64,000 nt of DNA, taken from Promethearchaeota archaeon (GTDB taxonomy: Archaea; Asgardarchaeota; Lokiarchaeia; Sigyniarchaeales; SOKP01). This document shows, piece by piece, positions 38,041-49,116 of this stretch. The notes beneath the pieces were generated by a model that saw only the letters and a program-made list of their open reading frames with translations, had not been told where the DNA came from and ran no database searches. The stretch is taken from assembly GCA_048938025.1 (NCBI GenBank), contig JBHLMP010000001.1, positions 64,001-128,000 on the forward strand, read 5' to 3'. The position numbers and the translations under genes are program-made. Positions within the stretch are counted from its first letter, which is position 1, and each line of letters starts with the position of its first letter.

Positions 38041-39369
38041 CTAGACAGAAACGGTTAGACCTGAAAAAACCAAATATGGAAACAAGGAATTTGATGAAAA
38101 CTCACGTTTTTTTGAGATATATTGACAATTCTTAATCATTTCCAAAACATTTCCACTGACATTTCCAAGTTTTATTGGATTTTTGAATTCACCATTTTTT
38201 ATATAATACCCATTTCTTATTTCCGCGCCGAAAAATCCTGATAAAAATTCAGGATTTAACCACGAAAATTTTCCTATATAATAACCATCTTTTATGTCTG
38301 AAATAATATCATCTAAAGATATATTTCCCGGCATAATTTGGAAATTACTGATCCCATTATTAACTGAACCAGTTATATTTCTTATCCCATTTCCGGTGGG
38401 CTCTTTTTTATTCAACATAGCATATTTTTGATCATACAACCGTTTTTGGAATACACCTTTTTTTATCACTTCTGTTTTTTGATGCGGATTTCCTTCCCCA
38501 TCCCAGGGATTAGAATTCAATCCCCCTTCGAGTAATCCATCATCGATAATAGTGATTTCATCAGAAGCTACTCTATCATTTATACTATAAGCAGAAATCT
38601 TCTCACTTAGCGCTTGTCCTAAGACATGAAATCCAATTACAGGAATAATTGCTTCTCTTAAGACATGTGGTGGGAATATCACAATTGCTTCTTTACTTGG
38701 TTTGGGTGGCTCTGCTATTAAAGTATCTTTTGCTATTTTAGCCCAATTCTCTACTCTTTTCTTAAAATCTAAATGCTCTTTTTCTTTGAAGTATTCACTA
38801 GTCCAATATTCAGATAGTTTCCCGGTTCCCTGTGCCTTTAAGGAATGTTCTAAATAAAAAAATGTTTTTATAGAATCAAGATTTACTCCGTTACTATTTC
38901 TTAAGAAATTATTATTAATGTGTACTCTTAATCGACCAAAAGTTGGAAGCACATCCTTTTGGTCTCCAACTACACTCATTAATTCTTCACAAAAATCATT
39001 CTTGATTCCAATTGGATCTTTTAATATAGCTTTATCAGCTATACCAACACTCGATATTGGTTTTTCTTCTGGAAAATGATATATTGAAGAGATATTATTT
39101 TTAGAAAGTAAATAGCATGTATCAACATTTTTTGTTAATTCTTTTGAGTCCAGGGAATTTCCTTTAACAATCCCTACTCCCGTCTGATCTCCTTTTTGAG
39201 TAAGGATTCGTATAAAATACTCAAAATCTTGAACTTCCCTGTTGGTTTCTGGCTTATTTTTTAAAAAAATCGTTTCATAGATCTTTTTATCAATAAAATA
39301 GATTTCATATTCGCCAATCTTTTTTGCTTTAAGGTTTTTTTCAATCAAGTCAATTTTTTCTTTTGTCAT
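38041..39369 (-). CDS. TldE/PmbA family protein
   Basis: DGEG, PTGNG and GYYIKNGE motifs; no HExxxH. Confidence 0.85.
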   Translation of the reverse strand: MTKEKIDLIEKNLKAKKIGEYEIYFIDKKIYETIFLKNKPETNREVQDFEYFIRILTQKGDQTGVGIVKGNSLDSKELTKNVDTCYLLSKNNISSIYHFPEEKPISSVGIADKAILKDPIGIKNDFCEELMSVVGDQKDVLPTFGRLRVHINNNFLRNSNGVNLDSIKTFFYLEHSLKAQGTGKLSEYWTSEYFKEKEHLDFKKRVENWAKIAKDTLIAEPPKPSKEAIVIFPPHVLREAIIPVIGFHVLGQALSEKISAYSINDRVASDEITIIDDGLLEGGLNSNPWDGEGNPHQKTEVIKKGVFQKRLYDQKYAMLNKKEPTGNGIRNITGSVNNGISNFQIMPGNISLDDIISDIKDGYYIGKFSWLNPEFLSGFFGAEIRNGYYIKNGEFKNPIKLGNVSGNVLEMIKNCQYISKKREFSSNSLFPYLVFSGLTVSV

Positions 39370-39378
39370 CTTTAATAT

Positions 39379-40761
39379 TCACCCTGGACTAATTAATGCT
39401 TCTTTAATTCGAACGTATGTACCTCCACTCCCTACTGGAACGTGGTCTTCATCGCCTTTACCGCAGGTCCCACCATCAAATTTTATAATTCCCTTACTAA
39501 TAGCATCAATCTTAGGTAATGTTTCTAATACAGAGCCACTTAATGCAATTGCTTTTAATAATTTGGTCTTTTCTCCGTTTTCAATTAAATAGCCCGTCTT
39601 AGACGTATTTTGCATTGCTCCGCCAAGGGGATCCTCCATTCCGAATGATCCATGAACCAGCATCACTCCATACTTTACTTCTTTAATCATTTCATCAAGC
39701 GAATAATCCCCTGGTTCAAAATAGGTATTTGTCATCCTTGGATGAACTGGATGAGCAAAACTTTCTCTCCTTCCATTTCCTTTTGGAATAGCATTTAATG
39801 CAGAAGCAGTGCGTCTATCATATATAAAATTTTTCAATATTCCATTTTCCACCAAAATGTTTTTTCCTGCTTTAATCCCCTCATCATCAAAGAAATATGA
39901 CCCAACAGGACCTTCAATTGTTGGTGAATCACAGATTGTGCAAATGCTAGATGCTACTTTGCTGAAAAGTTTTTCTTTTAAATAACTCCTTTCGCGCATA
40001 ACTTGATCTGCTTCAAGACCATGTCCAAAGCTTTCATGTGCTACCATTCCTGCCATGGTGGGATCTAAAATGACAGCATATTTTCCCGAAGGAGCTAATT
40101 CTGCTTTTAGCATTTCTAAAGACTTTTGACATATTTCATCTAACTTATTATCATCAATCTTGTCAAAAATTTCAAAGCCTATTTCACCAGAATCCACATA
40201 ATAATCATAATCTGCAACAAGACCTTCTTTCGCAATAGGAACAATATAAAGCTTAGTCCTTGGAATTACTTGTCTTAATTGACATCCTTCATTGTTAAAA
40301 AAAATCCGTTCCGTAAAATGTTCCATGTATTGAATTTGTGAATTAATTATACGTTCATCAAATTTCATAACATAGTCATAGATATATCTAATTTTCTGGA
40401 TTTTCTCATCAATAAGAACTCCAAGTGGATTGATTTTCGGTTTGATTTCTTTATTTAGTTTCCATCCTTCATATTCTTCAAGATTTTTACCCATATTTGT
40501 AACTTTGGGTAATTTGGCATCAATTTTTTTAATATCTAAAAAATCAGTTATAGTTGTTTCTTTCCATGTTCCTGTAAATGTTCTTGCCACTACACCCGAT
40601 TTTTTTGCATTAACTACAATATTTTCTGATGTACGTGTTTTTGTAATTAAAACTGATGATATGGAATCATAGAGTATGTCGAAATATTGGTTATTTCTTT
40701 TGTAATTATTTGACACTTCTTCAAAAATAGAGAATATCTCTTCAAATGATTTCTCACTCAT
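39379..40761 (-). CDS. tldD: TldD family metalloprotease
   Basis: HESFGHGLEAD, DDEG, GNGRRE, PRMTNT and CGKG motifs. Confidence 0.9.
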   Translation of the reverse strand: MSEKSFEEIFSIFEEVSNNYKRNNQYFDILYDSISSVLITKTRTSENIVVNAKKSGVVARTFTGTWKETTITDFLDIKKIDAKLPKVTNMGKNLEEYEGWKLNKEIKPKINPLGVLIDEKIQKIRYIYDYVMKFDERIINSQIQYMEHFTERIFFNNEGCQLRQVIPRTKLYIVPIAKEGLVADYDYYVDSGEIGFEIFDKIDDNKLDEICQKSLEMLKAELAPSGKYAVILDPTMAGMVAHESFGHGLEADQVMRERSYLKEKLFSKVASSICTICDSPTIEGPVGSYFFDDEGIKAGKNILVENGILKNFIYDRRTASALNAIPKGNGRRESFAHPVHPRMTNTYFEPGDYSLDEMIKEVKYGVMLVHGSFGMEDPLGGAMQNTSKTGYLIENGEKTKLLKAIALSGSVLETLPKIDAISKGIIKFDGGTCGKGDEDHVPVGSGGTYVRIKEALISPG

Positions 40762-40845
40762 ATTTAACCAATTTAGCAAAGAAATTAATTATTTAATTTG
40801 GTTACAATTATGATATGTTTAAAACCTTCTTATTTTACTTGGAAC

Positions 40846-42291
40846 TCATTTAATATCTAGAATCCTTTTCACAAGATCTTTCTTTTCTTCCAGATTGGCT
40901 TGACGCGAAATCATAATTCTTTGTGTCATGGGGCTACCTGCACCATGCATAGATTCTGTCCGATAGCTTACCGATGCAACGCCCATCGTCAAGTTTTCAA
41001 TGAAACGCAATACTTTGTATCGATCATCTGGACCTATCCCTTCACATGTGGAGAGATATTTGCTTATTAAGGGTCCAATTTCTTCAGATTTGAAGTCTGC
41101 CTCTGAAGGTAGGGTACAAATAATACCTCCAGCAATATCTTCAGCCAATCGTCCAATTTCATATGGAAAACGAGTTACATTTTGTTTACATACATTTGCT
41201 AATAGCATATCCATTTCATAATTTCCTGCCTCTCTTTGGAATCCTAAGGAACTACATGCTATTCCACAACTGTAAAGTGTTTCATTTAGATGTACCATCT
41301 CAACTAACTTATCTCGAATATGAGATGCTCTATCTGTCCCATTATATTCTGATATTAGGGCTGATGCTCCAATTAACACATCTCCAACTCCAACTTTGCA
41401 ACCTCCATATGATTGGCGATGGAATCCGGCAAAACGGTTAACTAGATCCCCTGAAAACTCGATTTCCCCTTTCATAAAGATATTCTTATTAGGTATAAAG
41501 ACATTATCAAAAATTACAAAAATCTCTTGTCCTCCAAATTTATAATTTCCTATATCTAATTTCCCTATTTCCATTTTACGAGTATCACATGATTGTCTTC
41601 CATAAACTAATGTTATTCCTTTTTCATTAGTATCAACTCCAAAACTTATTGCATAATCCTCCTCACCAGGACGTAATGTAAGAGTAGGCATAATAATAGC
41701 TTTATGTGAATTTAAAAAACCTGTTTGATGTACTTTTGCTCCACGAACGACAATTCCATCATCACTTTCATCTACTATATGTAAGTAGGCATCCGGGTCA
41801 GGTTGTTGAGAAGGGCGTTTACTACGATCTCCCTTTGTGTCAGTCATAGCACCATCAACCATTAAATCTTGGTTCTGAACATCAATCCAATACTTTTTAA
41901 ATCTTTCATGATAATTAGTACTATTTTTCTCATCTATCTCATAAGTAACACTATATAAGGCATTTGCGGTATCAAATCCCACACATCGTTGAAAGCAACA
42001 GGCAGTCTGTTGCCCTAACAATCGTTGCATCTTAACTTTTTTGATTAAATCATCTACAGATTGATGAATATGAGTAAAACGATTGATAATTTCACCAGTC
42101 AAATGTGAAGTTGCTGTCATAATATCTTTATATTCCTCATTTTGAGCCAGTTCATAAATTTTCATAACTGTATTAATTGAAGGTTGGATAATCGGATGAT
42201 TCCAAAATTCCTTTATTTTTTCTCCAAACATATATAAATTTACTGGTCTTTTTATGCTTTCCAAATATTCTTCTGGTGTTTTTAATGTCAC
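40846..42291 (-). CDS. abfD: 4-hydroxybutyryl-CoA dehydratase (AbfD/HpaB family)
   Basis: CFQRCVG and HRQSYGGCKVG Fe-S ligand motifs, AMTDTKGDRS, ESMHGAGSP. Confidence 0.88.
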   Translation of the reverse strand: MTLKTPEEYLESIKRPVNLYMFGEKIKEFWNHPIIQPSINTVMKIYELAQNEEYKDIMTATSHLTGEIINRFTHIHQSVDDLIKKVKMQRLLGQQTACCFQRCVGFDTANALYSVTYEIDEKNSTNYHERFKKYWIDVQNQDLMVDGAMTDTKGDRSKRPSQQPDPDAYLHIVDESDDGIVVRGAKVHQTGFLNSHKAIIMPTLTLRPGEEDYAISFGVDTNEKGITLVYGRQSCDTRKMEIGKLDIGNYKFGGQEIFVIFDNVFIPNKNIFMKGEIEFSGDLVNRFAGFHRQSYGGCKVGVGDVLIGASALISEYNGTDRASHIRDKLVEMVHLNETLYSCGIACSSLGFQREAGNYEMDMLLANVCKQNVTRFPYEIGRLAEDIAGGIICTLPSEADFKSEEIGPLISKYLSTCEGIGPDDRYKVLRFIENLTMGVASVSYRTESMHGAGSPMTQRIMISRQANLEEKKDLVKRILDIK

Positions 42292-42429
42292 TTTTCTTTT
42301 TCACCAATTTAAAAAAATTTATCCTAATTTTACTTAAGATGTCAATATTAATTAAAGGTAATCTTAATAAATTTAAGGCTAAGATTAAAAAATACAATGA
42401 TTAATTAAGAAATTATGCATCAAAATAGA

Positions 42430-43377
42430 TTATTTTTCTTGAACAGTTTTTTTATTAATGAACTCGTTATTATCTGAATTTTCTTTAACAACATTTGATT
42501 TTTTTTCAATAACACTTAATCTTTTTTCTAAAATTGTCATTGTTTCAATGATATTATCAATTTTTTTGTTAATATTTTTCATGTGATTTTGGATTTCTCC
42601 TAATTGATTTAGTGTAAATTTCATCAATTCAGGTTCTTTTACGGGTTCAATCAACCATTTTAAAATGTTAGTTATTAATAACTGATTATCTAGTTGACTT
42701 AAACCAATATTAGAATCGTTTGTGAATATATCTATGTCTCCCAGTGCGATTACTCTACCTTGACCATATTCATTATATGCTCCTATAATTTGTTCTTCTT
42801 CTTCCTCTCTAATCCATTCCTCATTAGAACTATTGTATTTCTCTGACCATACATTTGTTTTATTTGTTAATAATAAGGGCTTAGCGTCTTTAGTTAATAA
42901 TAAAGAACACGTTCCTCCAATTAAGACTTCCCTTAATCCATTTGCTATCTGTTTATTATTAAATCTTTGAATATGTATTATACTTGTACAATTCTGGTTT
43001 GCACTATTTAATTCTTTTACTAAATTCTTCTGAAAATATATTCCAAAATATGTTCCAGATATATCATTGAGATTTGTTTTTTGTAGATAATCTGCTCCAT
43101 ATTCACTCAAAATTAGTAAATTACCTCCCATTCTAACAAAATCAACAATAGTTTTTATTTCAATATTAGAAAAATAATCATCTATAGGAGTTCCTATAAT
43201 TAGGATGTCTATATCTTGTAATAATTCCTGAGATAAATCTCTATTCTCATTTTTCTTCGTATTAATATTCAATCTCTGTAGAAGTGTAAAAAATTCAGAA
43301 AATTCCTCCTCTTCGATATGTAACATCTCGTTATGACTCAAATCGAAAAGTATATTTGTTTTTTTCAAAAAAGGCAT
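42430..43377 (-). CDS. GIFT (GldG/IFT52)/DUF4350-like domain protein with C-terminal coiled coil
   Basis: ILFDLSHNE, FVRMGGNLLI, TNLN, GQGRVIALGD.DIF and DN..LI.NI.KWL motifs. Confidence 0.65.
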   Translation of the reverse strand: MPFLKKTNILFDLSHNEMLHIEEEEFSEFFTLLQRLNINTKKNENRDLSQELLQDIDILIIGTPIDDYFSNIEIKTIVDFVRMGGNLLILSEYGADYLQKTNLNDISGTYFGIYFQKNLVKELNSANQNCTSIIHIQRFNNKQIANGLREVLIGGTCSLLLTKDAKPLLLTNKTNVWSEKYNSSNEEWIREEEEEQIIGAYNEYGQGRVIALGDIDIFTNDSNIGLSQLDNQLLITNILKWLIEPVKEPELMKFTLNQLGEIQNHMKNINKKIDNIIETMTILEKRLSVIEKKSNVVKENSDNNEFINKKTVQEK

Positions 43378-43558
43378 CTTTAATAATACTAATTTTGTTA
43401 AAACAAGTCTAAAATCTTAAAGAAAATTCATATATAAAAATTATTACATATAAAGCTACTAACTAAAAACTTTTTAAATCTTAATGAATAATGATTTTTG
43501 GAACATATAACTGATTTAATAAATCTTTACCAAAAACGTAATTGATAATTTAGAATAA

Positions 43559-44902
<1,344 letters not shown>

Positions 44903-44907
44903 TGATT

Positions 44908-45396
44908 TCATTTATTTAAAATCTTTTCCAATTCAATTTCATCTCGTATTTCTATATCATACAATCCTTTTAATGGAATCTCTGGTTTTAATTTTCTTGA
45001 TTTTTTTATAACATTAACATGAATGGCTTTTATTTTAAAACCTTTTATTTGATAGAATCTTAGTGCATCTACATTATCATTGGTTGTAATAACCAATACT
45101 CTCTTACAATCATTTAAAATTGCATAATTCTCAAGTTCTTTTAATAGAGCAGTTCCAATTCCAATATTTTCTATTAGACTATTTAAAGTAATTATTTCAC
45201 ATTCATCATTATAAATTCTAAAGGTTATTAGTCCTACCTTTTCATTACCTCTTATGGCTATATATCCAGGTAATTTATCAACAAAATGTACATTTCCTCG
45301 AGTAACAACCTTAATTGAAGCCCATTCACTAATAATTAATCTCTTTAACCATTCTTTATCACTAACGTCCAAAGAACGTATTTTAATATCGAGCAT
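44908..45396 (-). CDS. GNAT acetyltransferase
   Basis: GIGTALL and TTNDNVDALRFYQ..GF motifs. Confidence 0.85.
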   Translation of the reverse strand: MLDIKIRSLDVSDKEWLKRLIISEWASIKVVTRGNVHFVDKLPGYIAIRGNEKVGLITFRIYNDECEIITLNSLIENIGIGTALLKELENYAILNDCKRVLVITTNDNVDALRFYQIKGFKIKAIHVNVIKKSRKLKPEIPLKGLYDIEIRDEIELEKILNK

Positions 45397-45459
45397 TATC
45401 AAAAATGGTTTAATTTATTGTTAAATATCATAGTTAGTTATGGATAATAAATTAAAATA

Positions 45460-46020
45460 TCATCTAAAACAAATTAACCCAAATCTATATAAAAATTTAA
45501 TTGGGGGCCATTCTAAATTAAAATTCAAATTTCTAACAGATTTTGTCACATCAATCCCTACTGCTTCCATTGAATACCTTATTTTATTAGGGTAACGACA
45601 AGGTTTACCACTATCATAAGTACATCCTAAGTTTTTTATATTATAACATAACCGACAAAAACCATCCCATAAAATTAGTTTATCTTCATATTTTTTAGGA
45701 TAATCTGCAATAAATCGCAATATTTCCTTCTCTAATTCATCTCGCAATAAATTTTTCATATATAGAGTATTCCTTATACTTTTTTCACTCTTTTTTGGAT
45801 TTCTAAATTGAATTTCCTTTACATATTTTCCTATATCAAATTTTACATATATAAGAAAGAAACTGTGGAATTGCGAAATTAACTTTTCTAAATAAGGAGC
45901 CTCAGGAGGACATGCCCATGAATGAGCATAATTAGGACATTGGAAATCAGAGTTAACACAATAAGAACGTACATTTAAATTAAAAATTATATCTCTAAAT
46001 TCTATCTCTATAAAGGGCAT
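45460..46020 (-). CDS. DUF2284 metal-binding protein
   Basis: CPNY..SWACPP, CRLC and CRYP...RYSMEAVGIDV motifs. Confidence 0.85.
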   Translation of the reverse strand: MPFIEIEFRDIIFNLNVRSYCVNSDFQCPNYAHSWACPPEAPYLEKLISQFHSFFLIYVKFDIGKYVKEIQFRNPKKSEKSIRNTLYMKNLLRDELEKEILRFIADYPKKYEDKLILWDGFCRLCYNIKNLGCTYDSGKPCRYPNKIRYSMEAVGIDVTKSVRNLNFNLEWPPIKFLYRFGLICFR

Positions 46021-46211
46021 TGTATTATCTTAAATTATTAAATGAGTAATTATTGCATATTTAAAATGCCGAATTGCATTATATTTACTTAAAAACTTCT
46101 GGTAATGAAATCTATCGTGTTAGTCATAATTTTTAAAAAACTTTTATGTAATTAAATCTTAGTGATTAGTATTATATATCCAGAGAGAAAAAAAAAATAT
46201 TAATTCTTGAT

Positions 46212-46868
46212 GTGAAAAGGATGAAATTTATAAAAAATAAAAGAACTGAATTACTAAATGTAGCAAAAGATTTTTATAGCGAAGTTTTGAAGGGTTCGGC
46301 CATGCTTCATGAATGTATTAATGATCTTATTGATGGAAAGATAAATAAAAACAAATTAGAAGAAGTGATACAATGTGAACATAAAGCGGACAAAGCAAAG
46401 GAAAATTATATTAATATCCTTTATAAGGAAAAGCGATCTCTTCCATTTTTAATTGAAGATCGTTATAGATTGATTAAATATCTTGATGTTGTCTCGGATA
46501 ACTCAGAAGATCTTGCTCGTAGTTTGAAAGTGTATCCCTTTGAACTCTTTAATGATATAAAAGCAGATATGAAAATAATTAACGATTTATATAAAGAAAC
46601 AATTGAATCATTAGTGAAAATGGTAAATCTAATGGAGACAGATTTTAAAACTGCTTATCAGAAAAGCTTCCATATTGAAACTTTAAAAAGAAGCGCTCGT
46701 GAGGCAAAATATAAGATTTTAGGGTTGATGTATCAAAAACCAAAAGAAAAATCTCTACGAGTATATTTAACATCTAAAATATGCATAAAAGTATATGATA
46801 TGATTGTAAGAGCAGAGGAAATTAGTGATTTTCTAAGAAGCTTGATTGTAAAATATCCTAGCAAATAA
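46212..46868 (+). CDS. DUF47/PhoU-like phosphate transport regulator
   Basis: EHKAD, LPF..EDR and D...D motifs; lies upstream of pit. Confidence 0.85.
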   Translation: MKRMKFIKNKRTELLNVAKDFYSEVLKGSAMLHECINDLIDGKINKNKLEEVIQCEHKADKAKENYINILYKEKRSLPFLIEDRYRLIKYLDVVSDNSEDLARSLKVYPFELFNDIKADMKIINDLYKETIESLVKMVNLMETDFKTAYQKSFHIETLKRSAREAKYKILGLMYQKPKEKSLRVYLTSKICIKVYDMIVRAEEISDFLRSLIVKYPSK

Positions 46869-46889
46869 TATAATTAAAAGGGGATCTTA

Positions 46890-47846
46890 ATGGCTTTGTC
46901 AGGTATTCTAGTAGTTTTTTTAGTCATAGCAATTATAATTGCATTTGGAATAGGTGGGAATGACGAAAGTTTTGCTGGAATTTATGGGTCAAGAATTCTA
47001 AACATGAAACAAATTATGATCTTGGCTACAATATTCGCTATAACAGGAGCTCTTTTACTGGGTAAAGCTGTAAGTAAAACCGTGGGTAAGGGCATTTTGG
47101 TTAATCTTGATGATGCTATCGTCATAACAATTTTAATTTCTACTGCTATTTGGTTGATTTTATCATCTGCGTGTGGGTTACCAATCTCCACTACCCATGC
47201 AACAATCGGAGCTGTTATAGGTCTTGGAATAGCTCTTAATGCTAGTCTTGACTGGTTTAAAATTCTTGAATTAAGCATTTGGTGGATATTATCTCCAATT
47301 ATAGGTTATATTGTTACATTTCTCGTGTTTAAACTTATGCGTGCGTATAAAGTCAAACATTTAAATGGATTTCAGAGCTTAGAAAAAACCGAAAAAAGTT
47401 TTACATACATAGTTCTAATAGTTATTTGTATCACTGCATTCTCAAGAGCAGGAAATGATTGTTCAAACGCGGTAGGTATTGTAGTTGGTGTAGGAGATAT
47501 ACAAATTAATCTTCTTCTTTTAATAACCGGTTTAAGTTTAGCGGGAGGACTATTAATTTTAGGTCGAGTAGTTATCAAAAGTGTTGGAAGAATCACAGAG
47601 CTATATCCAAGTACCGCTTTTGCCGCACAAATTCCTACAGCAGCCATCTTATTTGTTGGTACTGCATTAGGAGTTCCTTTATCGGGTTCCCATATGTTAG
47701 TGGCATCTCTAGTTGGTTTATCTAAAGCAAGTCATACTCCTACTAAGAAAGGATTATGGAAAATAATATTGATATGGTTAGTAACCTTTCCAGCAGCTGC
47801 AATACTTTCTATAATAATATATTTTCCAGTGAATTCATTTTTCTAA
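46890..47846 (+). CDS. PiT family inorganic phosphate transporter
   Basis: GGND, GLPISTTHA, AGND.SNA and GVPLSGSH motifs. Confidence 0.9.
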   Translation: MALSGILVVFLVIAIIIAFGIGGNDESFAGIYGSRILNMKQIMILATIFAITGALLLGKAVSKTVGKGILVNLDDAIVITILISTAIWLILSSACGLPISTTHATIGAVIGLGIALNASLDWFKILELSIWWILSPIIGYIVTFLVFKLMRAYKVKHLNGFQSLEKTEKSFTYIVLIVICITAFSRAGNDCSNAVGIVVGVGDIQINLLLLITGLSLAGGLLILGRVVIKSVGRITELYPSTAFAAQIPTAAILFVGTALGVPLSGSHMLVASLVGLSKASHTPTKKGLWKIILIWLVTFPAAAILSIIIYFPVNSFF

Positions 47847-47927
47847 TATTAATCTCTTCCTTTTTCTTTGCACAATTGGTAAATACCATATCTTGATCTA
47901 CAGCAAAACCTTCTTAATTCTAATTAT

Positions 47928-48851
47928 TTAACTTGAATATTTGAAAATTATTAAATTTGCTAAAAGTATTAACCCTCCTCCAATGACAGTAAAAATTGAT
48001 AAATTTTTTAAAAAAATAGCAGTATTTATTGTTGCCATAACCGGTTCAAAATAACTCAAAATAACTATATTACCTCCTGTATCATTTTTTAAACCTACAT
48101 TGTATAATGTAAATGCTAATGCTGTAGGAAAAAATCCAAGAATTAAACTAAAAATTATGTCTATTAATGATAATCTCAGAATTTCAGATCCTCCTATCGG
48201 TAGAAACATAAGTATAAGAAAAATCGTCGACCACCATGAAAGAAATATATCAAAATTACCTTCAGATTTAAGATTGCGTTGATTTTGAATCCTTTCATTA
48301 TATATTTTCTTTTTAGAAAATACTAAAATTGACAATGCTAATCCTGAAAAAACTCCAATTAAGATTCCAGGAGTAAATAATTCACCATTCCAAAATTCCA
48401 TTATGATAGCTACTCCTAGGATTGCTAAAGAGAAGCTTATTAAATTCACCTTTGAAACTTTTTCTTCTTTTGTAATAATTAACAGTAATAAGAGATATAT
48501 CCCGCTGGTATATAATAAGAAAGCAGCAATTGAATAACCAGAAATCATAATACTTATAAAATATAAGAAGATCACTATAGGATTAATTATCCCAATAATG
48601 ATTAAAAATTTCCAGTGGAATTTAAAAGACTCCTTCAAGAAATCTTTTGAAAAAGATTTCTGAATTACCATAAATAAAGTTAAAAATAGAGTACCAAAAA
48701 TTCCTCTTAATAAGGCAATAGTATAAACTGAATAACCCGATAAAATTGTTACTAATAGCCCCACATTCCCCATACAAATACCTGATATAAACATACTTAC
48801 TTTTGAGACAAGTGGGTTAGTATTTGTTTTCTTAGATTTTATTGAAACCAT
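47928..48851 (-). CDS. DMT/EamA family transporter
   Basis: About 10 TM; PTALAF.LY..GL and SYFEPV motifs. Confidence 0.85.
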   Translation of the reverse strand: MVSIKSKKTNTNPLVSKVSMFISGICMGNVGLLVTILSGYSVYTIALLRGIFGTLFLTLFMVIQKSFSKDFLKESFKFHWKFLIIIGIINPIVIFLYFISIMISGYSIAAFLLYTSGIYLLLLLIITKEEKVSKVNLISFSLAILGVAIIMEFWNGELFTPGILIGVFSGLALSILVFSKKKIYNERIQNQRNLKSEGNFDIFLSWWSTIFLILMFLPIGGSEILRLSLIDIIFSLILGFFPTALAFTLYNVGLKNDTGGNIVILSYFEPVMATINTAIFLKNLSIFTVIGGGLILLANLIIFKYSS

Positions 48852-49116
48852 TTGTTCTAAAAGTCTAAAACTTTGTTAGTTAAGTTAAGAAGTCATTTAA
48901 GTTTAAAGTTAGTATGCTAAATATAACTTAAATATTTACAAAAAAAAAAAGAAAATTGTTATTAAAATGTTAATGTTTTCAAAAATCAGAAAGATATTAT
49001 AAAACCTTTAAACATATAAAAAGATTAAAAAGAGAAATAAATGTATATTAATCATATTTAACATGAATAATAGGGCATAAATAGAAATAAATTCATTTTC
49101 TGAGATATTGATGTGA

